A stretch of 64,000 nucleotides of DNA, taken from NCBI GenBank assembly GCA_012523095.1, contig JAAYJE010000033.1, forward strand, positions 10,612-74,611, written 5' to 3'. The translations under genes and the position numbers were made by a program. Shown one piece after another: positions 34,702 to 43,705 of this stretch (positions are counted from its first letter, which is position 1; every line of letters begins with the position of its first letter). The notes beneath the pieces were generated by a model, which saw only the letters and a list, made by a program, of their open reading frames with translations, was not told the DNA's origin and made no database searches. The stretch comes from Actinomycetota bacterium (GTDB lineage: Bacteria; Actinomycetota; Thermoleophilia; RBG-16-64-13).

Positions 34702-35943
34702 CTACTCACCTCCCCAAGATTCTGAGATGAATCGGCCCAAGTCCAGCAGACGCCCATCGCTGAGTCTCGGCCCCGTCAGCTGGAAACCTGTTGGTGCGGA
34801 GCCGGGAACCGGCGGCAGGTACAACGCCGGTTGTCCGGTCACATTCGCGTAGAGGGTGGAGGCGTGACTCTCGTAAAGGCCGGCGAGCGACGGCGGAACG
34901 CCCGCGCCGCTGCGGACCTCCTGCGCCGGACCGTCGTCCATCGGCAGCACGAAGAAGTCGACCTCCGACTCGAGCCGCCGCATATCCTCGACCAGACGGG
35001 CGCGGATGCGGCAGGCGTCGATGAACGCCTCGTAGCGTTCGAACTGGAAGAAGGCCCCCTGGATGAGATAGCTCTTGATGAGCGTGCCGAACGCAGCGCC
35101 ACGCGACATGAGGTACATCTCGTTCCAGTTCTTGGCGCCCGGCGCACGGGGTCCGTAGCGCACCGAATCGTAGCGTCCGGCGGCAGAGGAGGCTTCCACG
35201 GAGCCGACGACCCTATGGACGAGCGAGAAAAGCTCGTAGCCGGGCAGAGACACTTCCCGCAGGGTGAAGCCCAAGCGCCTCAGCTCCTCCATGCTCGCGC
35301 GGAAGCCCTCTGCTCCTCTGGGCGTCGGTGCGCCCCGCGAGTCCCCTGTCGCAGGCGACCTTTCTGCGCCTGCGGCCATGCTCTGCGCTTCGGTGATGAT
35401 CCCGATGGTGATCTCTTCCGGTCGGATCTCCCGCGGGGAGAAGTCGGGAGCGTCCTCCTCGGGAAGCGAGAAATCCAGGCCGTCCTGGCCCGCGACGGTC
35501 ATCAGCACCTCCCCGATAGTATTCAGGCTCCCGGACAGGATGCCGCAACACTCCATGGAGGGGATGAGTCCGATCAGGCCGAAGCGTGACACCAGCCCGT
35601 AGCTGGGTTTGAGGCCATAAATGGATGCGTGGGCCGCGGCCAAACGGCTTTCGCCCATGAAGTCCATGAGCAGTTCGGCACCGTCCACAGCCTCCGCTCC
35701 GCCGGCACTCGGCCGGGGGGCCACCGCGGCCGCTCCGCCCACCGGCAGCCCGAAGCCGAACTCGCCCACACAAGCTGAGCTGCGCAGATGGGCTCCGGCC
35801 TCGCGCAACCGTCTTACGACGGTGGCATCCTCCACCGCCGTATAGCCGGTAAGAGCATTTGAACCTGCCTCCGCCGGCCGACCCCGCATCGAGATGTTGG
35901 ACGGCACCGCGACGGTCATATCCTGCTGAAGAGCGGGCTTCAT
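34702..35943 (-). CDS. gatA: GatA-derived subunit with substituted amidase-signature catalytic residues (predicted glutaminase-dead)
   Basis: Clear GatA similarity in the middle and C-terminal parts (YGLKPSYGLVSRFGLI, EASSAAGRYDSVRYG, YLMSRGAAFG). It is only 413 aa. IKDNI reads VPSNI, GGSSGGS is absent (AAVAPRPSAGG), and DTGGSIR reads DFMGESR. A good SD is present and the gene is tightly coupled to its neighbours. Confidence 0.75.
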   Translation of the reverse strand: MKPALQQDMTVAVPSNISMRGRPAEAGSNALTGYTAVEDATVVRRLREAGAHLRSSACVGEFGFGLPVGGAAAVAPRPSAGGAEAVDGAELLMDFMGESRLAAAHASIYGLKPSYGLVSRFGLIGLIPSMECCGILSGSLNTIGEVLMTVAGQDGLDFSLPEEDAPDFSPREIRPEEITIGIITEAQSMAAGAERSPATGDSRGAPTPRGAEGFRASMEELRRLGFTLREVSLPGYELFSLVHRVVGSVEASSAAGRYDSVRYGPRAPGAKNWNEMYLMSRGAAFGTLIKSYLIQGAFFQFERYEAFIDACRIRARLVEDMRRLESEVDFFVLPMDDGPAQEVRSGAGVPPSLAGLYESHASTLYANVTGQPALYLPPVPGSAPTGFQLTGPRLSDGRLLDLGRFISESWGGE

Positions 35944-35954
35944 GAGGTGTCTCC

Positions 35955-38075
35955 CTATTCCAGGATGCCGGCGACTTTGAAGTAGTCGCCTTTGAGAGAG
36001 GGGGCGTTCTTGAGCAGATCACCCGTTTCGGCGGACTCCGAGCGCTTCCCCACCGTTCCCGGCCGCGTGCGGTTGACGACGGGAACAACCGAGTACATCG
36101 GCTCCAGCTCTCCCGCTTCCTTGGCGGCCAGCAGGGCCAGCTCCTCGGCTTGGTCGAGGACGATCTCCATCGCCGGATGCTCCTCCGGGGCGACTCCGAT
36201 GCGAGACAGCCATGAGATGCGGTCCACCCGGTCCTCTCTCTCAGCGGCGTCGGGCGGCACTTCCCGGCCGCCCAGGTCGAGCAGCCCCAGTTCGGCCAAT
36301 TGTTCGCGTTTGACCGAGGCGGGCGCGCCGGTGAGAGGGCAGGCGGCACTACGATTCTTTGGGAAGGCGATAACCTCCCGTATGGAGGGTGTCTGAAGGA
36401 TCATCGACACGGTGCGGTCCATGCCCAGCGCCAGGCCGCCGTGAGGAGGGGGGCCGAAGTCGAAGGCCCGCAGGAAGAACCCGAACCTCTCTCTGACGTC
36501 GTCGTCCGTCAGCCCCAGCGCGGCGAAGATCTTTTGCTGTACCTCGCGGTCGCTGATGCGGATGCTGCCGCCGCCCAGTTCTTCGCCGTTCATGACCAGA
36601 TCGTAGGCCCGGGAGCGCAGTGTCAGCAGCTCCTCCACGTTGTTCGGGTCGAAATCGGTGCGGTCCGGCGCCGTGAACGGGTGGTGGCTGGAAGTGACGC
36701 TCCCCTCGTCGGTTGCGTCGAACAAGGGGAAGTCTGTGACCCAGACCGGGCAGAAGCTGTCCGCGGGAATCAGCCCGAGCCTATCCGCCAGGTGCAGGCG
36801 AAGCCGGCCTAGTGCCGAGGTCACCACATCGTACGCGGGATCGGCGATCATGATGAGGACGTCGCCATCCGCGACCTCGAAGCGCTCGCGCAACCCCTGC
36901 AGCTCTCTCTCGTTGAAGAACTGGACGATGTTGGATTCCAGCGCTCCGTTCTCAGCCCGCATCCAAGTCATGCCCTTGGCGCCGAATGAAGGTGCTATCT
37001 CTTTGGCATACTCGTTTTGAAGCACATTCTTACTGAGTCTATCGGACTGACCTTTGAGGTTAAGCCCCTTGATGCATCCACCCCGTAGAATTATCCGACG
37101 GAAGATCGAGTAGTCGGTTTCGTCGAACAGATCGGTCACATCGACGAAGCGCAGACCAAAACGTAGATCGGGGCGATCGGAGCCGGTGGAATCCACTGCC
37201 TCCGCGTAGGTGATGCGCGGGAAAGGCCGGGTCAGCGAGATGCCGCCCACGGCGAACATCTCGACGACCAACTCTTCGACCAACTCATAGAGGTACTCCT
37301 CGTCGATGAAGGAGGCCTCGATGTCAAGCTGTGTGAACTCCGGTTGCCGGTTGGGGCGTAGGTCTTCGTCGCGAAAACAGCGGGCCAGCTGATAGTAGCG
37401 CTCCATGCCCCCGATCATGAGGAGCTGCTTGAAGAGCTGGGGTGACTGGGGGAGGGCGTAGAAGCTCTGCTGGTGAAGCCGGCTGGGCACTAGGTAGTCT
37501 CGCGCTCCCTCGGGGGTGCTGGCGGTCAGCATAGGAGTCTCGACCTCAACATAACCCTTAGAATCGAGCACCCGGCGCACAGTCTGGAAGATTCGGTGCC
37601 TCAGTACCAGGTTGTCGTGCATGGAGGGGCGGCGGATGTCCAGGTACCGGTACTGGAGGCGCAGATCCTCCGTCACGTGGCCGGTCTCGGTGGAGGCGGC
37701 CCCGGCGACCATGCCTTTCTCTGAGACCGTGAAGGGAAGGGCCTCCGACTCTGAGAGTACTTCAAGTTCGGTGGCCATGACCTCGACCGTCCCGGTCCTT
37801 ATGCCCGGATTCTCGGTTCCCGGGCGGCGGCGTCTCACCTCACCCCTCACCGCAATGCAGTACTCCGAGCGCAGCGCGGCGGCCCGCTCGCAGATATGCC
37901 GCGGCGTCTCCTCCGGGCTGAAGACCAGCTGGATGATGCCGCTCCCGTCGCGAAGATGTACGAACATCAGGCCGCCGTGGTCTCGGAAGGCGTCTACCCA
38001 GCCGGCGACCACCACTTCGCGGCCGGTGTCGGCGGGAGCCAGTTCCCCGCAGAAAGCACGTTCGGAGAGATGCAT
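35955..38075 (-). CDS. aspS: aspartyl-tRNA synthetase fused at its C-terminus to a GatC module
   Basis: ATG at 38075 gives MHLSERAFCGEL...VVVAGWVDAFRDHGGLMFVHLRDGSG, a bacterial AspRS. It runs through the class II motifs to ...VIAFPKN.... After a ~16-aa linker with no stop comes a GatC-like 89 aa (DRISWLSRIGVAPEE...GELEPMYSV...NRTRPG...LLKNAPSLKGDYFKVAGILE*). Confidence 0.85.
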   Translation of the reverse strand: MHLSERAFCGELAPADTGREVVVAGWVDAFRDHGGLMFVHLRDGSGIIQLVFSPEETPRHICERAAALRSEYCIAVRGEVRRRRPGTENPGIRTGTVEVMATELEVLSESEALPFTVSEKGMVAGAASTETGHVTEDLRLQYRYLDIRRPSMHDNLVLRHRIFQTVRRVLDSKGYVEVETPMLTASTPEGARDYLVPSRLHQQSFYALPQSPQLFKQLLMIGGMERYYQLARCFRDEDLRPNRQPEFTQLDIEASFIDEEYLYELVEELVVEMFAVGGISLTRPFPRITYAEAVDSTGSDRPDLRFGLRFVDVTDLFDETDYSIFRRIILRGGCIKGLNLKGQSDRLSKNVLQNEYAKEIAPSFGAKGMTWMRAENGALESNIVQFFNERELQGLRERFEVADGDVLIMIADPAYDVVTSALGRLRLHLADRLGLIPADSFCPVWVTDFPLFDATDEGSVTSSHHPFTAPDRTDFDPNNVEELLTLRSRAYDLVMNGEELGGGSIRISDREVQQKIFAALGLTDDDVRERFGFFLRAFDFGPPPHGGLALGMDRTVSMILQTPSIREVIAFPKNRSAACPLTGAPASVKREQLAELGLLDLGGREVPPDAAEREDRVDRISWLSRIGVAPEEHPAMEIVLDQAEELALLAAKEAGELEPMYSVVPVVNRTRPGTVGKRSESAETGDLLKNAPSLKGDYFKVAGILE

Positions 38076-38232
38076 GAGATGAGCCCTTTCTACCACACGA
38101 GTGTCTGGTGAGGATAACGCAGCGTGGGGACTAACACTACCGAGTAGCAGGATCGAATCAGGGACTCCGCAGGCTCGACACAGCCGCCTCCTCGCGAGTG
38201 GCCGAGCCGCCGTCAGGCGGGTGACGGCTGGG

Positions 38233-39345
38233 TCAACAGGTGGCCAAAGGCAGGGCGCCCTGCCCACGCTTGCCGTTCGACAGCACGGAGACGTGCTGCT
38301 CCACCACATGCGCGATACGGTTGGGCGAGAGTATGTAGCGAGCGCTTTTGAGTTTGATGGCCTCCCCAGGCATGCCGTAGACCACAGATGTCTCCTCATC
38401 CTGGGCGATGGTCACGGCGCCCTTGTCGCGCATGAGCCGGAGTTCCTTGGCTCCATCTCTGCCCATGCCCGTCAGGAGGATACCGATGGCATTCGCGCCG
38501 TAGTGCTGGGCTACCGATCGGAAGAGTGCCGAGACCGACGGGCGAGAGCCGTTTTCCGGCGGGTCGTCGTTCAACACCAGCCGGCCCTGACGGTTCACAG
38601 TCATGTGCCGGTTGTCGGGCGCGAGGTATACCAAGCCTGGACGGAGGGGCATGCCGTGTTCGCCGACGCAGATCCGGGTGCCGGTCGATTCGGACAGCCA
38701 CGCCACCATGCTTGCCTGAAAGCCGGGACTCAGGTGTTGGACGAGCAGGATGGGTACCGGAACAGGCCGCGTCAGCCCGCGCAGGATGGTCTGTAGCACC
38801 GGCGGCCCTCCTGTTGACGCTCCTATGGCCACCACCTCGATGCGGGTGGCCGGCCGGGCCGGCGAAGGGGGCGGAATCGCTTCCGGGGGGAGCGAACGCG
38901 ACTGAGAACGGCGGTTCCTCCGTCTCACGACCTTGACCTCGGACATCGCGCGTACGGTGCTTATCAGTCTGTCGCCGCTGGCGCGTGCATCCGAGCCGGT
39001 GGGGGTCCAAGTGACGAAAGCCACTGCTCCGACGTTCAACGCCTGGCTCTCGAGGGTGGCCACAGGCGCGTCGGCCTGTTTCGACATCATAACGATGGGG
39101 ACCGGATGCCCGCTCATGATCTCCCATACCGCTGCGTAGCTGCCTGGGTTGGGCAGGTCACAATCGACCAGAATGACGGACGGCGTGACTTCCTCAACGA
39201 GGCACAGTGCTTTGTCCGCGGTCGCTGCTTCGCCCACCACATCGATATCGGCGATGGGGTCGAATAGCCCGCAGAGCCGCTCCCGGGCGGTCGGCGAGTT
39301 GTCGACGATCAGCAGTCTGATCGTTCGAGCCGTATTTTGTGTCAC
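38233..39345 (-). CDS. cheB: chemotaxis-type response regulator protein-glutamate methylesterase (REC-CheB, WspF-like)
   Basis: REC domain (RLLIVDNS..., ILVDCDLP) plus the methylesterase domain (VVAIGASTGGPPVL, LLVQHLSPGF, ILLTGMGRDG). The GTG start overlaps the cheA stop. Confidence 0.9.
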   Translation of the reverse strand: MTQNTARTIRLLIVDNSPTARERLCGLFDPIADIDVVGEAATADKALCLVEEVTPSVILVDCDLPNPGSYAAVWEIMSGHPVPIVMMSKQADAPVATLESQALNVGAVAFVTWTPTGSDARASGDRLISTVRAMSEVKVVRRRNRRSQSRSLPPEAIPPPSPARPATRIEVVAIGASTGGPPVLQTILRGLTRPVPVPILLVQHLSPGFQASMVAWLSESTGTRICVGEHGMPLRPGLVYLAPDNRHMTVNRQGRLVLNDDPPENGSRPSVSALFRSVAQHYGANAIGILLTGMGRDGAKELRLMRDKGAVTIAQDEETSVVYGMPGEAIKLKSARYILSPNRIAHVVEQHVSVLSNGKRGQGALPLATC

Positions 39346-41675
39346 AGGAGACTCCGAGCGGTCTCCAGAAGTGTCCCCTGCGTGAACGAACTCTTCGTGA
39401 GATAGGCGTTCGCCCCTACGTCAATGCCACGTTCCTTGTGCTCCTGGGACTCCATGCCTGTGACAAGCATAACGGGCAGCCGTGACAGGCGCGCGTCGCC
39501 GCGGATCTTGTTGGTCAGCTCGAAGCCGTCCATGCGTGGCATCTCGATGTCGCTGATGACCAGATCGAAATCCTCCTCGTTGAGGGCGGTGAGAGCGTCA
39601 ACCCCGTCCACAGTGGGTCTGACGTAGAAGCCCGCCGCTTCCAGCACGTTCTTGAGCAGCATCCGGGAAGTGATGGAGTCCTCGACGACCAGCACGGCTT
39701 TCCTGGGGACGCCGCCGTTGGCGGAGGCTCCATCGCGGCCTCTCGATGAGATGCCACCTCGGGCCGACTGCAGAAGATCGCTGATGTTGATGATAGGGAC
39801 TACCTTGCCGGATCCCATGATCGTCCCGCCGGCGATGTTCCGTACCCTTATGAGTTGCGGCCCAAGCGTCTTCACCAGCACTTCCTGTTCGTCGATGATG
39901 CTGTCCACCGCGAACGCGACACGCTCGTCTCCGCTGCCGGCCACTACGGCTTGGATATACTCAGAGACACCCCTCTGAGACTTGAGAGGTAGGTCCAGCA
40001 CCTCATGCAGGTACACCAGCGGCAGCGTCTGGCCCTCCAGTTGGATGGTTTCGCGGTTCTCCACCAGGCGCAGGTTGCTTCTGTGGATCCGAACCACCCG
40101 GTCCACTCCCACGACAGGCATGACAAACGGCCAATCGGAGACCTGGGCCACTACGCCCCGGGCCGTGGCCAGGGTCGCCGGTATAGTGATGCGGAATGTG
40201 GTTCCTTTGCCCAACTCGGTCTCGATGGCCACAGAGCCGCCGAGGTTCTCGACCTTCTCCTCCACTATGGCCAGTCCGAGCCCTCTGCCGGAGACCTGTG
40301 ACACCACTTGGGTTGTGGAGAGACCGGAGGCGAAGACCAGGCGAAGAGCTTCACCGTCGTCAGTGTCGTCCACCTGTATCTGGGTGCGATGGCCCTCGCG
40401 CACCGCGGTGTCGCGCAATCGTTGTACGTCGATGCCACCGCCGTCGTCGGAGACGCATATCTCGATCTTGTTGTTTTCGAGTTGAGAGACGGCGACAGAG
40501 ATCAGACCGCGTGGCGATTTGCCCAGGCCCATCCTGATCTCCGGCGTCTCGATCCCGTGGTCGACGCTGTTGCGAAGCAGGTGGATGAGCGGATCCTTGA
40601 GATTCTCAATCACGCGCTTGTCGATCTCGACGTCGGCGCCCACGATGGAGAACTCCACCAGCTTGTCCTTGGAGCGGGCCAGGTCGCGGATCATCTTGGG
40701 GAAGGTGGAGAGAAGAGAGGACATGGGCAGCATCAGGACGCGCTTCATCCCGTCCAACAGGTCGTCGACCATCGGGTCTATCGTGCGCCGTTCGTCATCC
40801 GCGGCTTTGGATAGCGCACGGATGTCGGCGATCACACCTTCCATGAAGGTGGAGTTCCACTCAAGGAAGTCCTCGACCTTGTCGCGGTCGTCGCTGATGT
40901 GAGTCTGATACCACTCCCTCTTCCACATGTCCAAACGGGAACTCAGGTCACGCAGAGCGGTTGCCTGCTGGCCGGCGGATAATTTGACGGAGATGAATTC
41001 CTCCGCCTGCAGCATGAGCGACTCCAGCTTGTTCGTGGCCACGCGGATCGTATCGGTGGCCGTTGCCAGGGGGGCCGTGGGGGTGGTCTGCTGTTCGGCC
41101 GAGGTGCCTTGAGCCGCGGGAGGCGCCGTCGGCGTGGGTTGACGCTCAGGCTGAACTCGGTGCGGCTCGACCGGGAGAGCAGACTCATCCGTAAACGGTT
41201 CCTCAGGGCGCCATCCGCTCCAGGGAGCATCGGGGGCGGCGATCGGCGGGGTTTGCTGTCTGTCCGGTCTCGCGTTGGTCGGTTTGCCGACGGCCGCCAA
41301 TCTCTCGAGCGCGGCGTCGACCCGTCCTTCCATAGACGCCTCGCCCGCGACCAGACAACCTTGGAGGCAGTCGACGCATTCGCTGAGCGCGTCGACCACC
41401 GGATAGGTGACCTGGAGTTCTGCATGCTTGAGCGCGGAGAACACGGACTCTACGTTCTGGCAGATGGAGACCATCAACGCGTATTCGACGGCGGCAGCCG
41501 CCCCCTTGAGACTGTGCGCCTCCCTCAAGAGGATCTCGAGGGGGGCGTGGGCGGCGTAGCCTTCCCCAGCGGCCTCGAGCTCCACCAGCGCCGTGGACAG
41601 TGCACCGATGTGCTCTTCCGCGTCCTGGCGGAACGTCTCCATCAAGTCTCTAAGGAATTCTTCGTCTTCAGTCAT
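39342..41675 (-). CDS. cheA: hybrid CheA-type histidine kinase with C-terminal receiver (WspE-like)
   Basis: HPt (REAHSLKGAA), HATPase (LIHLLRNSVDHGIE, DDGGGID, GRGLGLAIV), a CheW-like domain, and a C-terminal REC (VLVVEDS..., DLVISDIEMPRMDG). Confidence 0.9.
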   Translation of the reverse strand: MTEDEEFLRDLMETFRQDAEEHIGALSTALVELEAAGEGYAAHAPLEILLREAHSLKGAAAAVEYALMVSICQNVESVFSALKHAELQVTYPVVDALSECVDCLQGCLVAGEASMEGRVDAALERLAAVGKPTNARPDRQQTPPIAAPDAPWSGWRPEEPFTDESALPVEPHRVQPERQPTPTAPPAAQGTSAEQQTTPTAPLATATDTIRVATNKLESLMLQAEEFISVKLSAGQQATALRDLSSRLDMWKREWYQTHISDDRDKVEDFLEWNSTFMEGVIADIRALSKAADDERRTIDPMVDDLLDGMKRVLMLPMSSLLSTFPKMIRDLARSKDKLVEFSIVGADVEIDKRVIENLKDPLIHLLRNSVDHGIETPEIRMGLGKSPRGLISVAVSQLENNKIEICVSDDGGGIDVQRLRDTAVREGHRTQIQVDDTDDGEALRLVFASGLSTTQVVSQVSGRGLGLAIVEEKVENLGGSVAIETELGKGTTFRITIPATLATARGVVAQVSDWPFVMPVVGVDRVVRIHRSNLRLVENRETIQLEGQTLPLVYLHEVLDLPLKSQRGVSEYIQAVVAGSGDERVAFAVDSIIDEQEVLVKTLGPQLIRVRNIAGGTIMGSGKVVPIINISDLLQSARGGISSRGRDGASANGGVPRKAVLVVEDSITSRMLLKNVLEAAGFYVRPTVDGVDALTALNEEDFDLVISDIEMPRMDGFELTNKIRGDARLSRLPVMLVTGMESQEHKERGIDVGANAYLTKSSFTQGTLLETARSLL

Positions 41676-41708
41676 CTCGGACCTCTCTTACACGCGATTC
41701 AGGCGCTC

Positions 41709-42311
41709 CTATAGTCCGCTCCGCACCAATAGATCTTCGGAAGCAAGCAGTTTCTCGGCATCCAAGACCACGACCCTGTCCTGGGTGACTCCCTTCAGGT
41801 ATTCCTCGCGCTTCCCGGACAATGTGGCGAGTGCGCGCTGGCCTTGGTCGCCGTCGATCGCGTACACCCCCGCGATCTCATCGGCCAGGACCGCTAATTC
41901 CATCTCTCCATTGTGCAGGATGATCGCTTTGTTGAGATTAGTGAGGCCGACATTCACGAAGTCCATCAAACGGCGTATATCCATGACGGACAGGATGCGG
42001 CCCCGCACGTTCACTACTCCGAGGATGTAGGGCGGCACGTTCGGCAGCGGCGTGATCTCTATGAGGGGGAACACCTCGCGGACGAACGACGTCTCAAAGG
42101 CGTACCGCTCCGGACCGAGGGAGAACTCTAGGATTTCCATGAGCCGTGCCCCGCCCACCTCGGCATCCGGGGTCTTGGCCAGTTCCCTCGCCCGGCGCCT
42201 CAGTATCTCGCGAATCGGATCCGTCTCGGTGACGCCCGCGCGCGGCTCAGGGCTCTCCTGGAGTGGTCCTACTTCAGGTTCTGACATGGACGCTTCATTC
42301 ACGATACACAC
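41709..42311 (-). CDS. cheW: CheW-like coupling protein (WspD-like position)
   Basis: The CheW domain includes ILGVVNVRGRILSVMDIRRL. Alternative ATG at 42287, just after the cheR stop. Confidence 0.8.
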   Translation of the reverse strand: MCIVNEASMSEPEVGPLQESPEPRAGVTETDPIREILRRRARELAKTPDAEVGGARLMEILEFSLGPERYAFETSFVREVFPLIEITPLPNVPPYILGVVNVRGRILSVMDIRRLMDFVNVGLTNLNKAIILHNGEMELAVLADEIAGVYAIDGDQGQRALATLSGKREEYLKGVTQDRVVVLDAEKLLASEDLLVRSGL

Positions 42312-43705
42312 TCACTTCCCATCAGGGACGCCACCGTCTCGGCCATCTCGCCGGCGGTGAGTCCGTCCGCCTCAGGCAATACGGTGCTCGACGGCATCTG
42401 CGCAAGCAGGACGAGCGCCTCGCGGAAATGCTTGGCGGCTTCACCTGATCTGGATTGGCTACGGGCGATGGCGCCCAGCATTATCCGCGCTAGTGCAAAG
42501 CCGCCGTCGAGGAACAGCGTTGACTGCAGGGCCTGCTCCGCCTCGTCGGGGCGGTCCAGTTCCTGCAATATGCTGGCCTTCAGGTAATAGAGGGATGGGT
42601 TGAGCTTGTCGCACTCAAGGGAGGATTCGCAACAAGCCAGTGCTCGATTCAACTCCCCTCTGTCGGCCAGAATCCGCGCCTCTCGTGCGGCTTCCACCGG
42701 GTCCGTCGTCGCCTTGGCCGGCCTCTTCGCGGTCTCGGCTGCCGGCCTCTCGGCGTGGGCGGAGAACGGCCTGTTCTTGCTACGCCGCTCCACACGAGGG
42801 GCTTCCGGTGGCGCTGCTGCGGGCCGGTCCGCGAGCGGAACGTGGAGGTCGTCGTGTACAGCTCCACTGAACCTGGGAGTCTTCTTGTAGACGATCTCGC
42901 CGTTGCTCATGGAAGAAGTGAGGCCGCCCTGGATCTCTCGCGAAGCCTCGCTGGGTGTGACCAGAAGGTAGCCGCCTTCCCTCAAGGACCTGTGTAGTCG
43001 TTCAGCGACTTTTGCAGCCATCTCTCTGGAGAAGTACATCAGCACGTTCCGGCACAGGATCAGATCGAAGTCATGGATGTCCGACCCCGGCGAAGGGTAG
43101 ACGTTGTCGGCAAGGTTGAGAAAGCGGAAGGTCACCATGTCGCGTATCGCGGGGTCGAGCAGGTAGCGGCCCTCCGGGGTCCGGGTGAAGTACCCGTTTA
43201 TCACCCACGAAGGCGTGCCGCGGAAGGACCACTGTGTGTACTCTGCCTTGTTCGCTGCAGCGACGGCTTCGGGATTGACGTCGGTGGCAAGGATGGTCAC
43301 GTCCCAATCGGCGCGGTCGGAGATGAGACGCGAGATCAGGATCGCTAGGGAGTAGGGTTCTTGTCCGGTGGCGCACCCGGCACTCCAGAGCCTGAGCCTC
43401 CTCGTGGTGTGTTGCCGGGCGGCGATCAATTCAGGAAGCAACGAAGACTGCAACATGGCAAAAGTGTCCGGGCTGCGGAAGAAATGGGTCTCACCTACCG
43501 TAAGGTGAGCCGCCAGTGCCTGCACTTCGCGCCGGCCGAAGGAATCGGACAGGAGTCGGGCGACGAGAGAGTGAGGGCTCTCCAAGCCCAGGCTTTGTGC
43601 GGCCCCCTCGAGCCCCCTGACGAGGTCCGGCCAGCGGTCCTCAGGGAAGTTGAGCCCCATGCGCTCCGCGATACGACTTGCCGGCACCGACAGGTCGTAG
43701 TTCAT
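42299..43705 (-). CDS. cheR: CheR-type methyltransferase with a C-terminal TPR region (WspC-like)
   Basis: LRLWSAGCATGQEPYSLAIL, DLILCRNVLMYF, then a Pro/Ala linker and TPR-like helices. Confidence 0.9.
   Translation of the reverse strand: MNYDLSVPASRIAERMGLNFPEDRWPDLVRGLEGAAQSLGLESPHSLVARLLSDSFGRREVQALAAHLTVGETHFFRSPDTFAMLQSSLLPELIAARQHTTRRLRLWSAGCATGQEPYSLAILISRLISDRADWDVTILATDVNPEAVAAANKAEYTQWSFRGTPSWVINGYFTRTPEGRYLLDPAIRDMVTFRFLNLADNVYPSPGSDIHDFDLILCRNVLMYFSREMAAKVAERLHRSLREGGYLLVTPSEASREIQGGLTSSMSNGEIVYKKTPRFSGAVHDDLHVPLADRPAAAPPEAPRVERRSKNRPFSAHAERPAAETAKRPAKATTDPVEAAREARILADRGELNRALACCESSLECDKLNPSLYYLKASILQELDRPDEAEQALQSTLFLDGGFALARIMLGAIARSQSRSGEAAKHFREALVLLAQMPSSTVLPEADGLTAGEMAETVASLMGSECVS

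Noticed and set aside
38076-38399. 108-codon N-terminal extension of the AspRS ORF
   Set aside because: It has no similarity to AspRS and overlaps the cheB 3' end. The internal ATG at 38075 gives a canonical AspRS N-terminus.
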